Shown here piece by piece: positions 36,886-50,557 of a stretch of 64,000 nt of DNA. The DNA is from the human T2T-CHM13v2.0 reference genome, Homo sapiens. The DNA lies in NCBI RefSeq assembly GCF_009914755.1, contig NC_060931.1, one strand, 5' to 3'. Every line of letters starts with the position of its first letter. The first letter of the stretch is position 1. The notes below the pieces were generated by a model. That model did no database searches, was not told the DNA's origin, and saw only the letters and a program-made list of their open reading frames with translations. Made by a program: the position numbers and the translations under genes.

Positions 36886-38409
36886 TAAAAACAGTTTCCC
36901 ATGATGAATCCTTGTTTGCAGACTGTAAATGCACTACAGAAATAAAGAAAGTGTGTATGAGAGCTGGCAGAGCAAAGGGGGCAAGCAGAGCCAAGCACCG
37001 TGAACAAGGCTCAGGGTCATAGGGCACACATGATAGTGTAATGCAGGAGGAGTGCGAGCTTTGTCACTGGGCATTCAGGTCTTCCCTGGCAGGAGACTGC
37101 TTACGTGCCACACAGGACCCTGCCACCGTCAAGTCCACTCTCCTGCCTGTGCAGAGGTAAGCACTGAGTCCTAAGTAACCACATAGAAAAGCTGCCTTTT
37201 CTTTTCTTCCTCCCAACTTCCTGCACCCCATCTGGAACTGATGCTCCTCTCTTCTCTCACTCCTAGGTGGAAGCTGTTCCTAGGCTGATTTGCAGCATTA
37301 GAGGGCAGGCAGCCACAGCTGAAGGGACCAAAGACATGCGAGACCTGGGGATTTGTGTGTGGTGGGCAGAAGATAACAAAGAGACGGAAGGTGGAATGAG
37401 AGGGTTGTATTCTCTTAAAGAAGCTGAAAATCTGTGTCCTAAGAATGTAGCTTAGTTTGAACTGAGAGTAGAACCTGGGGAAAAAGTAAGGGAACCAGAG
37501 TTTTTGAGAATCAAGTAAGCATTGAGCTTTTTACTTGGGTCAAGAATAAGATGTCTGTTTATGTTTCAACTTTACACAAACTTATATACAGCAACTCCTG
37601 GAGTGCCCTGAATAACGGTCCCAGTGGAGATGACCATCACAAAAGCCATCCATGAACCTGGGGGAGTTGGGGAGGTGGGGGGAGGGGGCAGAGAGAGAGA
37701 GAGAGAGAGAGAATTTTTTCACTTTTAAAATTCCAGTAGCTTTGCAAATTGTGAAGAGTCAAAAGCCCTGGCTGCAGCTCCTTCTCATCTTGTTGTATTT
37801 AGGGGGCTGCCCACCGAGTGTCTGGTGCCCTTGCTTGCTCACACCACCAGCACACAGCCTGTGCCCCTCCTGCAGCCAGGAGGGCAGTGGATTCTGAGTT
37901 TTAAGACAGCCAAACAGTATCGGAAGCAAAATGATGTTTTGAAACAACATTTTTTAAATCATGTGTGTTCCTTAAAAGTTCTCACTTTCATGAATAATTT
38001 TCCATAGCCTGGAGGGCATCCCTTTTCCCTCGCAAGCCTTTCTATGTGTGTTCACATTCACTTAATCATTTTTCCATTTCTTCACCTCCATGACTTGCCA
38101 AACTAGATCCATGGGAATCTTATCATTCTTTTCCATAACCTAAGGATATGGATACTTTCTACTTCCCTCACATCCTTAAATTAACCTGCATGTTGCTAGG
38201 AGAACGAGGTATTGAAAATGTAGGTTTACAAGTAAAGCTACCAGAAGTGCCTCTCTTGTGACACATTACTCCTCATATTCTTTCTGCCCAGCTCTGTCTC
38301 TTAGTCCCTCTGATTCAGTTCAGGATGGCTACAAGCACCCTAAGGCCTCTTCCGTATTTCATCACGGTGCTGGGTACAAAAGAGCCCATGGGTAAGGATA
38401 GGACCTCTG

Positions 38410-38648
38410 CAAATCCGCAGGGATAGGAAGCAGATTAATGATTACCAGGGGCTGGGGAAGGGGATAATGGAGGGGAGCTGCTTAAAGGGTATGGGTTTCC
38501 TTTGGGATGACAAAAAGGTTCTGGATCTAGATAGTGGTAATGGGGACAAAACAGTGTGAATGTACTAAATGTCAATGAATTGTACACTCAAAAATGGTTA
38601 ACATGGTGACTTTTATGTTATGTAGATTTTACTACAATTTTAAAAAAT
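38410..38648 (+). mobile_element. L1MB-type 3' end fragment
   Basis: CTAGATAGTGGTAATGG...GTGAATGTACTAAATGTCAATGAATTGTACACT...TTTTACTACAATTTTAAAAAA. Confidence 0.85.
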
Positions 38649-38649
38649 G

Positions 38650-38850
38650 GGGTTTCTAGATTCAGAAAGTGCTGGATACCAATTCCAGCTCTACTTCTTA
38701 TAAGCTGTGTCACTCTGGGCAAATTACATTTGGCAAATTATAGCTGGTGTCTTCGGCACATAAGCCTGAGTTTCCTCAGCTGCAAAATGGGATGAATAAT
38801 TCCATCTGCCTGGTGATATTGCTCGGAAGAGTAAGTGAGACGGTGCATGT
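38650..38850 (+). mobile_element. MIR
   Basis: AATTCCAGCTCTACTTCTTATAAGCTGTGTCACTCTGGGCAAATTAC...GTTTCCTCAGCTGCAAAATGGGA. Confidence 0.75.
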
Positions 38851-39978
38851 ATAGTTCTTAGGGTTTATTTTTATATTGCAATTGTCTTTAGTACAAGAGA
38901 GTGTAATGCAAATGTTGGGGTAGGGTCTGTCCTGTTCTAAGACTGCTTTCAGACTGCAGATTTCATGACTGGAAAAATCAAAGGCATATCCCTGGAGTTT
39001 TTCTGGTCCCTGCAGACTCATTTGCTGGGTCTAGCTTGACCTGGAAGCAGAATTCAATCACTTTATTGTATTTGTTTCTTTGCAAGAACCCTATTATACC
39101 AAGTATCGTGATTTTTCTAGTCTTTACTGATGTTTGGGAGATATTATAGGAGTGGGTGGCATTGCACTATATAAAGCATTTGCCATGTTGCTCCCCCTTC
39201 TCTTTTCTAACTGTTTTCCTTTTAGAACTTCTCCTTCCTCCTCTTCCAGCCACACTCCCATTTTTCCCTTCAAATGTCTGGAGTAACATTTCCCTTTTTC
39301 TGAAGATTCAAGTTCTTGGACTCTACTTTTACCCCAACCACTTCTCAAACACTTTCCTAACCAGAATACATGGATCTCCCAGGGGAGCGCTAAGAGTGAC
39401 CTTCTCCACCAGCCGATGGAACTTAAAGGATGCCAGGTCCTTCCCCAGGCCCTTTGGCATGTTTGATTCACAATCAACCATCACTGAGCCCTAGGTGAGG
39501 AATCAGAACTGCCTTGTATTCCCCAGAACAAATAGCCATTCTTCTGTGACAGTTAGCAGCCATAAAGGCAGAATTAAGACAGCTTTCCCTAAGATTACTC
39601 AATATCTAGAACCCCATAAGTACAAAGTCTACCACTGGTCTCTGTGATATCGTGTGCCCCATTCTCCTGGCAAATGGAACACATGTCGGTGCCTGAAGAT
39701 TGTTGACTGGATTAATGGCTATATTTCAACTCATACTGGCCCTTCAGCTTGGCCTTTTCTTGGACAGAGAACAACCTTCCCAACTGTTCATGACAGCCCT
39801 ATAAGTATATGCTATCCTTAAGGTAAAAGTTTTCCAGGAGCCCCTTACCCCATATTTTGTCTTTTTAGTGATGAATTGAATTATTGGTTAAAGAAACAAT
39901 AAATTAAAGCAGTGATTGAGATAAAAATAGCACCTCTAGAAGCAAAGCAGTTTATAAACTACTCAAAAAGATCATTTT

Positions 39979-40583
39979 TTAATTTATTTTTAAATTTCAA
40001 TAGTTTTTGGGGTACGAGTAGTTTTTGGTTACATGGTAAACTGTAGAGTGGTGAAGTCTGAGATTTTAGTTCACCTGTTATGCAAGTAGTGAAGGTTGTA
40101 CCCAATATGTGGTTTTAAAAAAATCTCTCACCCACCTCCCACCTCCCCCTTCTGAGTCTCCAGTGTCCATTATACCACTCTGTATGATTTTGTGTACCCA
40201 CAGTTTAGCTACCACTTATAAATATGAACAGACAGTATTTGGTTTTCCATTCCTGGATTACTTCACTTAGAATAATGGCCTCCCGCTCCATTAAAGTTGC
40301 TGCAAAAGACATTGTATTATTCTTTTTTCTGGCTGAATAGTATTGGTCAATGGACACTCAGGTTGGTTCCATATCTTTGCAATTGTGAATTGTGTTGCAA
40401 TAAACATACGTGTGCAGGTGTCTTTTTGATATAATGACTTCGTTTCCTTTGTGTAGATACACTGTAGTGAGATTGCTAGATCAAAAGGTAGGTCTACTTT
40501 TAGTTTTTAAAGAAATCTCTATACTGTTTTCCATGGAGGTTGTACTAGTTTACATTCCCACCAGCAGTGTATAAGTGTGCCCT
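39979..40583 (-). mobile_element. 5'-truncated L1PB-type element (~600 bp)
   Basis: L1 3' end on the - strand; TSD TCAAAA(A/T)GATCATTTT at 39963-39978 and 40584-40599. Confidence 0.9.
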
Positions 40584-41627
40584 TCAAAATGATCATTTTA
40601 AAGCTATAACACAGTTATTGTTTTATGTTCCCACTATTAGTCACTACATTAAAGGTTATTGTTTTAACGAATTGCTCAAGATAAGAAAAAAAAGTTTTAC
40701 CTTCTATTCTAATTGGTGAGTGATGTGTGAACTAATCAGAAGCCTGTGCTGTCGCCTCCATTAAGGTACCAGATGTATTTGGCCGAGGAGAGATTTGTTG
40801 AAGAGCTTCAACCTTTAAGTGCAGAGGATAAATGGATGGTGACATCATTATACCTTGACAAATAGAAATTATATTATGTCTTTTTTTTCACTTTTCATTA
40901 CCAAGGATGATTTATATTAGTGGCTTTCAATTCATAAACCTATGGATTCTCTGTAAAGTTAAAAACCTTTTAAATTTGTAACATGCAATAGGGATGGTTA
41001 ATAGCATTCATGACCCATGCTATATAATGTTATTGGAGCTATTTTTTCAGTAAAGGTGCATTATAAACAGGTGCTGGGAATTTATAGCAAGCAAATTTGT
41101 GAGCCTCATATGCCTGGCATTATTTCCCAACCAACCATAATGCTAAGTTATCATAAGTGACATGACATGTGACCCTGTTACATTTTATCTTCATCAAATA
41201 CTGAATGATATTGAAAGGTCTTGGAATGAAAACTTAAAGAGTCAATAGAATTGTTTGTATCATGAAAAATAAGTGCAGCCTTTCTCATAACCTTTGTTCT
41301 CCCAGTAAATCCTGTTTGTTGCTTGAGTTGATTATATTTAGTATTTGCTCCCTGCAACGTCTGGGGATTTCCATGAAATTTTCTGTTATTACCCAAGATT
41401 TCGCCTCCCTCATCCACCTCATTCACTGAGGCTTATGAATTAGAATGCTTGAAAGAAGAGTTTGCATGTGTCTGGATAATCTACTCCCCAGTCTAAATTA
41501 CAATAACAAAATAAACGCTGGATGCTTAGGGATAAGATTTGAATGGATTGCTACAGGAGATTAAAACAAGGTAGATTTTGTTTATCTGGGACCCAAATCA
41601 GGGAGGAAATGGTTGCATGAAGAAGGG

Positions 41628-41630
<3 letters not shown>

Positions 41631-41674
<44 letters not shown>
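41631..41674. repeat. (GT)22 microsatellite
   Basis: Perfect dinucleotide run. Confidence 0.97.
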
Positions 41675-41675
<1 letters not shown>

Positions 41676-42604
41676 GAGGGGGAGGGGAGTGTGGGTGTAG
41701 GAGTGTAGGGATAAGATGGAGATAGGAGAGAGGAAGAAAGATAGAAAATAAATTAGGGGTAGTTTAAATAAAAAGAGTAGACTTTGAAGATGGCATTTTA
41801 ATCATTTTTGTCCATTTGTATTGAGGATAGGATGAAATTAGAATAAGACTAGCAAGATGAAGAGACACCCTGGGAAATAAATGAGGAGGTGAAGATAAGA
41901 AGTGGTATCTTCAGCAGGTTCTTCATCCCCAGCCCTCCGCTGCCAGCTCCCCAGTGGAGGGCTGGGGACGGGAGAGGTGGACTTAGGCTCACTGGCGCAG
42001 GGAGAAGGAAAATAAGTCCCCACAAGGCTCAGAGTGCACAAGGAAAGTGGGCCTGGAAAGCAGTGAGGCTCTAGTAAGTAGCACACAAAAGGCTTTGCAG
42101 AATGCAATTTAAGCCTGCGATGGCGTCTCAGAGCCAAAAGAGTTTGCAGCAGGATGGCATCAGCGCAGACACATTCTCACCGTCGCTCATTTCCAAGTTG
42201 CTTGTTGGAAAGCCCTCGACGAGACTGACAAACCTCCCTGTGAACCGTGCAGTCGAATCGCTGTCACATAACAAACGTGATTATGTTGTAAGTAGAGGAC
42301 CATGAGCTCACCTGTCATGCCGGCGACATCCTTCTGGTAAGCTGCCCAAACCCTGCTGACACAAGGCTGTTCCTAACAGAGAAGACATCAGTGCTAACAT
42401 TTCCTGCACCTTCTATAGCATGCCGCTGTTTCTGGAAGACACCTGTCCAATTAGCGCCAGTGCTATGTGGTACTTATGGCGGATGTTTCATTTCTCAAGC
42501 ATTTTACATTCTTGCACTGTGTGTATTCCACATCCACCCCCCCCATCTCACAGCATCTATTAGTGCTCTTTACAGCATTCTTCACATGTGTTCAGCGCTT
42601 CGTC

Positions 42605-42775
42605 AATTAAGCATCCAGGTTTTGACTCTAAAATTTAAAAGAATTAAAATAGAGTCCAGGAGAGCAACACAGAGAATCAGAAGGTTATGAAATAAGATGA
42701 GGAAAAAAGTTTGAAGAAATTGAGATTATTTAGCTTTGAAAGGAGAATAATGATAGGTGACAATCACCAGCTCCT
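42605..42775 (+). mobile_element. L3/CR1 LINE ORF2 C-terminal fossil
   Basis: Translations ...KFKRIKIESRRATQRIRRL and LKKLRLFSFERRIMIGD resemble the CR1 motif ERVQRRATKMI...RLKELGLFSLEKRRLRGD. Confidence 0.75.
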
Positions 42776-43617
42776 AAAACACTCATTTGACCATGGTCTT
42801 TTGGCTTCTTTACAGAGAAGAATTTTGAATATTTTTCTGTCATTTATTTCGGGGGTGGGGAGGGTGGGAAATGAAGAGAGTATGGTAAAGGGAAGGCAGT
42901 TCCAATCTATGTTCTAGAACGCTTGGGAACAGACTTTGAGTAGCAGGAAAGGAAAAGCATATTAACATGTGGTTGGGGTTGAGAATATGGAATTTCTGGG
43001 CCTGTAAAATAAAATCACCCAACTTTCCTAAATCTGTTGCTTCCCTAAAATGCAGCAACTTGTTTAAAAGCAGAGCTCCCTAGCTTTCTCCGTGCTCATC
43101 CCCTCGTGAAGGCAGAGAACAATTGGGTCAACAATGACCGCCATACTGGACCATCTTTTTAGCAGTATGAAAATGGCCAACTCATGGAGCTTGCATTTAA
43201 ATCCCCAGAATAATATCTGGCACAGTGAGGCTTCTTGATAAAAGTTTGTTGCCTTGAATTGAGTTTCGAGACTCCCCAGTTTTTGAGTGGGATTAAGGAA
43301 GATACTAAACTTTTGAACCAGTGTGCTTTCAGGAGCGGATGGTAAATCCAAGATCTTGATATCTGGAATGGGTAGAAAGTGGTGGAGGTAGAAAAAGCCA
43401 TTGGAAATTTCTAACACAGAATCCAAGGTTGGAACAATACGTTTTCAATTTTATAAAGAAAATGATTGAAGCTTGAAAACACCCAGAAAATTAGAGGGGT
43501 TGGTTTTCTATATTAGTAATTTCCAAGGAACAAAATGGCACCATCAAGTTTCCTTTAACATAGCCCCATCCAGAGTGACAAAGTGAAGTGAAGTACTCTT
43601 TGGCTAGGGTAACCTGT

Positions 43618-44382
43618 TGTTATGATTTCAACTGTGTCTCCCAAGAAGAGGCTGGAATCTTAATACCCAGTACCTGTGAATGTGACCTTACTTGGAAATA
43701 AGGTCTTTGCAGATGATCAAGTGAAGATGAGGTCATTAAGGTAGGCCCTAATCCAATATGATTGTTGTCCTTATAAAAGGGGGAAATTTGGGCCAGGTCC
43801 AGTGCCTCACGCCTGTAATCCCAGCACTTTTGGAGGCCAAAGCGAGCGGATCACTCAAGATCAGGAGTTTGAGACAAGCCTGGACAACATGGTGAAACCC
43901 CATCTCTACTAAAAATAAAAATATTAGCTGGGCGTGGTGGCGCGTGCCTATAATCCCAGCTACTTGAGAGGCTGAGGTAGGAGAATCACTTGAACCCAGG
44001 AGGCGGAGGATGCAGTGAGCCACAGTGAGCCAAGATCATGCCACTTCACTCCAGCCTGGGCAACAGAGTGAGACGCCATCTCAAAAAAAAAAAAAATAAA
44101 ATAAAAGGGGGAAATTTGGACACAGACAAAAGGAGAATGCCAGGTAAAGATTGGAGGTATGTTGCCACAAGCCAAGCAATGCCAGATTGCCAGCAAACTA
44201 CCAGAAGCTAGGAGGGAAGCATGTAACAGATTCTATAGTGCCTCTTAGAGGGAACCAGCCCTGCCAACACCTTGCTTGAGATTTTTGGCTTCTGGCCTGC
44301 AGAACTATGAGACAATAAAATTCTCTTGCTCAAGTCACACAGTATGTGATATTTGTTATGGCAGCCCCAGAAAACTAATACA
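43618..44382 (+). mobile_element. MLT1B/C solo LTR interrupted by an Alu
   Basis: GTGAATGTGACCTTACTTGGAAATAAGGTCTTTGCAGATG...GCAGCCCCAGAAAACTAATACA. Confidence 0.9.
43791..44100 (+). mobile_element. AluS inserted in MLT1
   Basis: Perfect 18-bp TSD ATAAAAGGGGGAAATTTG (43773-43790 / 44101-44118); internal 10-bp duplication CAGTGAGCCA. Confidence 0.95.
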
Positions 44383-45769
44383 TCTGAATAAATGAATCAA
44401 TCTCTACCTTATTCAGCAACTATGACCTTGGCCATGGGTCTAAGCTTTAGTACTGGGGCTTCTCTCTCTTTAAGGGCAGCTGAATATTTTATGTTTTCCA
44501 AGTTTTAGAGGTTGGCAGAAACCCTTCCTTTCTTCTCCCCAACTCTCATCTCACACTGAGTCACTCTTTCAGGGCTGGGCATTTATTTACTAAAAGTTCT
44601 AGATAGCAATAGTTTTTATTGTCCAAATGCAAACTTCTCTTTGCCATCACCTCATTTGGAAATAGCCACCATATGACCACCAATGCAGTGTTATCTGTTT
44701 GGTGTTCCAGCCTCCAGATGTCTTTTGGGGGATAGGTTTGCATCTGTTAGAGATGAAGGAACTAAGTGGCATCATGACTTTTCCTCATGGAAATTACTTG
44801 GGGGCAAACAAATTGTTCTGCCTTTCTTCTGATGCATTTTAAACTAAGTCATCCTTTTGTTTCACCAACAGCAAAAACAAGCATTTTTCAAAAACTGAAG
44901 TCAATCAAAGGAGTAGTAGCAATAAAGAGGAAGATGTAAGTTTGTTGCCTTTTTTCTTTATATGTTTATGTATAATTATTTTCTATCTTTCTGTAAGACT
45001 GGCCAGAGACAAATTGTTGAAACAAAGTTTGTGTTTTCCCAACAATTGACTCCACCTTTTGTTTGCTGTAATCTCAAGACACTTTCCTTTTGTGCCTACA
45101 CAGGCTGCTACATGTTTGTTACCTCCCATCTTTACACCACTCAAACTTGAATTTGTTACTATAAGGGTTTAGGGCTTTGCCTGCTGGGGCCCTGAAAGCT
45201 ATCTGCAGCCTTCTCCCTGCCATTGGATCCATTAGGCAAATTTTCCTATGCCACGCACAGCCACAGCCCAGTTAAAAGGCTCATCTCCTTATGAAAGTCT
45301 TTCATCATGGCAATAGCAGGCCACATGGTGACCTCAGAGAAGGTGGCCATTGCCCATGTAGCTTGAGCTAAGTTTACTGCTGGGTGGCCCTACCCACATT
45401 GTTCAGTAGGGCAAACCACAGGCAGCATTTTCCCCACACAAGGACCACTCCTTTTGCCCACTGCAGTCTGTTTTCCTGGAACTCCCACCTGGTGAAGGCC
45501 CCACAGGCTAGACACAGAGCCTAGACACGGATACCTTCTTTCTTGATTTTGCTTTTCCTGCTTCATTGTCCACTCACCCATGAAAAGAGCTGCCAGGTGG
45601 CAGCAATCATGTACTCAATGCCTTTGCATGCCCTGGGCCCCATAGCTGTCCAAAGACAGATGTTTATGACCTGGCTTGTCCATTCTGTTTTGGTAAACCC
45701 AACTATCATTTAAAGCTGGACTTACACGTGATGCTGAGGCTGGCAAAGACAGCTACTTATGTGGCTAAT

Positions 45770-46430
45770 TATATATTCCCCTCTCTGCCTTACCCACAGA
45801 GCCCATTTTAGTTCAAGGCAGCAATAGGCCCAGAAAACAAAGCTCTCTTATATTTAGGAGTGGTCAGTGCTGTAATTCTGACCAATGAGATGAAAGCAAA
45901 ATTCTACTGGTTGAGGATGCCAGGAAAGTTATTGTTTTCTTGTTAAAAAGGAACAGCCTCAGCACTCAGTTGCTTTCTCTCCTTCCTCATGTTCCTGCTA
46001 CCTTTGCAGATGTGCTGTCCGGAGCAGCACTGTTTGATAGAACTCTCTGCGATGATGGAAATGTGCTCCATTGGCACTGTCCATAGAGTAGCCACTAGCC
46101 CCTGTGTCTATGGAGCACTTTAAATGTGGCTAGTGTGACTGAGGAGCAGAATTTTTAATTTAATTTTATTAAAATAATTTAAGCTTAAATAGCTACACGT
46201 GGCAATCACTCCATATTGAACGGTGTAAGGAACTATAGCATCCATCTTTCAAGTAAGAGGATGAAAGCAATGCACTTAAGAGTGGCAGCCTGGAAAACCA
46301 AGAGAAACCCATCCTATAGGTCCTCAAGTCAGTGTGGCAGCCGTGCAGCCCTGGAGTGCTTGGTATGCAAGAAAAACAGACCCTGATTTAGTTATACCAC
46401 TGATGTTGGGTTTCTGTTCAATGCAGCTGT
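45770..46430 (+). mobile_element. Old MLT1 (J/K-like) LTR interrupted by MER3
   Basis: AATTCTGACCAATGAGATGAAAGCAAAATTCTACTGG...GTTGGGTTTCTGTTCAATGCAGCTG; boundaries approximate. Confidence 0.6.
46025..46228. mobile_element. MER3 (hAT-Charlie)
   Basis: ATAGAACTCTCTGCGATGATGGAAATGT...GTAGCCACTAGCC...AAATGTGGCTAGTGTGACTGAGGA. Confidence 0.88.
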
Positions 46431-46649
46431 ATGTGGTCACAGCAAGTACTTTGTCCAAAATGTTCAGATACCCAAGTGCAACCTCTGGGAGAGCCAGTTT
46501 TTGAAGAAAGTTGGATAATACAGTAATGGCACCATGTAGAACTTTCCCTTGGTTGAGGGCATTTGGTGTTTGATAAGGGGAGTCTTTCTTCCCTAATCTG
46601 CTTTTTGGATTTGCTCATTTGTCTAGCCACATATATAGTACGTGTACGT

Positions 46650-46880
46650 GGTGGCAAAGTGCTTGGGCACTGCAATCAGTCTCCTGGGTTTGCACCCCAG
46701 CTCCGCCACTTGACATGTAGGCTGGGGGAAGCCACATCACTTTTATGTGCTTTGGTTTTCTCACCTGGAAAATGAGGATAATCATATGCTCTCTTGTTAG
46801 TGTTATCATGGGGTGAAGATGAGGCAATGCCAAGTATAGTGCCGCGTACAGAGCCTGGAGCAAGGTAAGCACCCAAGAAT
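46650..46880 (+). mobile_element. MIR
   Basis: CCTGGGTTTGCACCCCAGCTCCGCCACTTGAC...TTTTCTCACCTGGAAAATGAGGATAAT. Confidence 0.8.
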
Positions 46881-47851
46881 GCGAACTGCTACTATTGTGG
46901 TCATGATTTTCTAGCTTGTAGCAGAACTACTACTTATTTAGATCATGGCATCTAAAAATACATTTCCTCAAATATCAAAAGAGCCAGGACCAGAATCTTG
47001 GCCTCTGGCCTCAAAGATAATGCCTTTTCCCGGCATTTCCCCTGGACAGGCTGGGAAACATCGCACCACAAAATCTACACTCTTTCAATCCTGTGAGTAC
47101 TCATATTTTAATAATTTCACCTATCCATGCTACAGTTTGTTTTATTTAGGGGAAAGTGTTTCATTTTGTTTGTATTTCTGATCTTTAGCTTGTCTGTTGC
47201 CAAATAGCTCTATGGAAAGAGAACAGGGGCTTTGAAGGCAAACAGGTTGAATCCTAGCTCTACTGATAATGGCTTTCTGACCTCTGCAAAGTAGTTAGTT
47301 TCTCTGCACCTCCTTTTCTTCATCTCTAATGTGAGACTAATAGGACGGTTGTGAGGGTCACATTGAGTGGGCTATAAGCCAACTTGCGAGGTGGGCAGTT
47401 AGAAATGTGGGCTCCCTTCCCTTTCCTCTTGAGAAGCCCAATTCTAGAGAGCTTTTCCCAAGAGGGAAAGCATCTTGATCGCAGTTATTTCTGGCTGGAG
47501 TAGAGGTGGCAGGTTCTAGCTATCATAACTCAAAGAAACTTTAGGGATTATAGCTATCATCATAGAATATTAGGCTCAGAATGGGCCTGAGAGATCTTTT
47601 AGTTGAAACCTTCTGTATTGATGAGAAAACTTTGACCCAGTGAGGTCAAAGACTCTGAATCTTAGAGCTATAAGAGACTTGAGTAGTCAGTCCCTCTAAT
47701 TCAACTTGCCTCAACGTTCCTGTAGAACATACAGCATTATAAAGTTATTGTTTAAAGTATTTCATCTCTCTGAGAATACTTATCCCTACTCCATGGATAT
47801 GGGAAGCTGAATAAATATGGGAGTCAAGAGTTTTCAGAAATGAGGATAGTC

Positions 47852-48182
47852 TTTTTTTCTTTTCTTTCTTTCTTCTTCTTTTTTTTTTTTTTTTTTTTTC
47901 GAGACAGAGTCTCACTCTTTTGCCCAGGCTGGAGTGCAGTGATGAGATCTTGGCTCACTGCAACCTCCTTCTCCTGGGTTCAAGGGATTCCTGTCCCTCA
48001 GCCTCCTGAGTAGCTGGGATTACAGGCACGGGCCACCACACACAGCTAATTTTTGTATTTTTAGTAGAGACGGGATTTCACCATGTTGGCCAGGCTGCTC
48101 TCAAACTCCCAACTTCAAGCCATCTACCTGTCTTGGGCTCCCAAAGTCCTGGGATTACATGCATGAGCCACCATGCCCGACT
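47852..48182 (-). mobile_element. AluS with a (TTTC/TTC) tail
   Basis: Dimeric Alu on the - strand. Confidence 0.94.
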
Positions 48183-50137
48183 AGGGATGATCTTTTGAGA
48201 ACACTTTTAAGAACCACGAGGAGCTAGAGGTGGTAGGAAAAGGCTCTGTGTTCGGCAGAAAGACCACCATCTACCATGGTTACTGGGAATCAAGTTGTAG
48301 CACTGCCATTCACTAGAGTGTGACCTTGGACAAGTCACTTAAAATTCTTTTATCCTGTGTTCTTTACCTCACAATGGGGACATTCTAATGCCCATTTTCA
48401 AGCATGGGCCTGTGTATCAGATGAGGTCACATACATGGAAGCTCTGTAAGGCGTACACTGCTCTAATAGAGCAAGGGTTGTCCCGCTTCCTAATAGACAT
48501 AAATTACAGTGCTGTCTCCAGTGGATTTAGACTTTTCCACAATGCTGTGCCTAGGTATGTGTGAGAACACCAGGAAACCCTTAAGACTCACCTCACCCTG
48601 TGTGTACTTTTTGCCCCTCTTAATTGAACTGTAGAAAACTGGCATTGTAAACTTAGACACATCTCCATTTCCAGATGTACAGAGTCCAAGGCTTTACACA
48701 AATTGCACATTTCCTTTGTATTTCAAGAGTCTTAAATCACAACAGATCACAGTTTCTGAAGGGAACTCTGTTGGTGAAGAATAATCTTCTATGAACTTGC
48801 TGGTGACCGGCTCTCACATTACAAGAGTTGGCGGTTAAAACTGACGTGGAGAGTTTCTTGTACTGATCTGGCAACGCTTTCTGCAAAATACCATCACATC
48901 TCCCTTCAGCCCCAGAACTTCTGGCTGCTACGTTTTGTCTTATCCCTCTGATGTATTTAATCCCAAGTGTGACATAATTACATCATCAATGAACTCTTTT
49001 TAATTAACTGGCTGAGGGTAAACATAATTGAACTCAACTGTTTCATATTTTGAAGGGTGTGTACTTTTATTTCTGCATGATTGTACTGGGGCAAGTGAGT
49101 TATAAACACAAACAGATCATTCTGTGTCCTGGTTTACATCTTTGATTCACATTACCTCATGCGACTTCAGTTATACTTCAGAACAGAATAAATGCAAGTC
49201 CATACTCATAAATATACAATGTAGGTAGATGTACATATGTATTAGTTCATATGCTAAAATGATGCTTCTAGCAATGATAAAAAAATACCTGTGTGAGAAA
49301 AACCAAACATATGGTTAAGTTATCTGCTACCCTATGGTTAACTTTGGTTTTAGGTAAGAAATTGGGCCCAAAACTGCTTTTAGAATTAAAAGTTGGGATT
49401 TTTTTTTTCCCAGTCAGTGATTACTTAAAACTGCAAAAACAAAGCAGTAGAAAAATAAATGATTCATCAGGATCTTATGGGAAAAGAAGTAGAATTAGAC
49501 CTCATGGGACCAAAATTTCTAGGTGGTTCTATTGTTTTCCAAGTATCCAAGAAATGATACTTGGGTCATTTTTTAAGGCCTTTATTTATCATCTCAGAAA
49601 ATAAGGATTTTCCTGTTTTAGAAACTGGTATCTTAACAACCTGTTATTTATCTGGTTTTATTGTTTGTTTGTTTCACTTCTTGGCATCTACCATTTCCTC
49701 CTTACATGTTGGTCCTCCAATCACACTGTGTTGAGTGACAAATTTGCTAAATGCGCAGATTTTTATCTACCTTATTAATGGTAAATATTACAACTGACCT
49801 AGTCTGCTTTGAAATCTGGAAATTTATTATTTTCGAGAAAACTTTCCATTAACTTACTTAGCATTCTGCAGCTTATCTAAATCAGGTGAATCAAATGAGG
49901 TGAAAACCAATTTAGTTTGTGAATCGATTGATACTGCCCTTTGTCTCCTAAAATGACAACTGTCTCTGAGGCTGGATGGCCACTTTTTCACTATTTGTAA
50001 TGTAATATGCGCTAGCTTTAAGCTCCTGTCCTGTAGGGAGCATATTCTTTGTAAAAGGAAATACAGGAAAATGAAGAAGCAGAAAACCTAAGCCAAGACC
50101 TGCTATTCTCACCCCACTTTTATGTCCCACTTGTCTA

Positions 50138-50557
50138 CTGTAGTAAGACATTCCATTGGTGGCCCCAGGTGAACCATAATTCCTGGTGTTCACCCCTTAC
50201 CTCTCCCATATTGATTTTGGGCTTGACCCATGTGACTTGCTTTGGCCAGTTTGCAAGTTTGATGCAAGCAGAACTTGATACACATTTGCAATTGGCACAC
50301 TGCCCCTTGGAACTGTAGACCACCATGCTGTGGGGAAACCCAGGCTAGCCTCATGGAGAAGCCACATGAAGGAGAACAAAGGCTTCAAACATATAGCCCC
50401 TCTCAAGTCATTTGAGTTATCCCAGCTGAACTACAGATGTGGAACAGAGATGAGCTATCTCTGCTATTTCCTGCTCCAATTTCTCACATGCAGAATTGTG
50501 AACAAATGCAACTTGTATTGTCTGCAGTGTTTTTTCTGCATCAGTAGATAATAGGCA
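50138..50557 (+). mobile_element. MLT1F/G/H-like LTR
   Basis: GGGCTTGACCCATGTGACTTGCTTTGGCCA...CAATTTCTCACATGCAGAATTGTGAACAAA. Confidence 0.75.

Noticed and set aside
45588-45606. CTCF-like GCTGCCAGGTGGCAGCA
   Set aside because: Mismatch at a conserved core C; a single motif without supporting data.
46755-46780. - strand TTTTCCAG|GTGAG recursive-splice-like motif
   Set aside because: Close variant of the MIR core consensus, common genome-wide.
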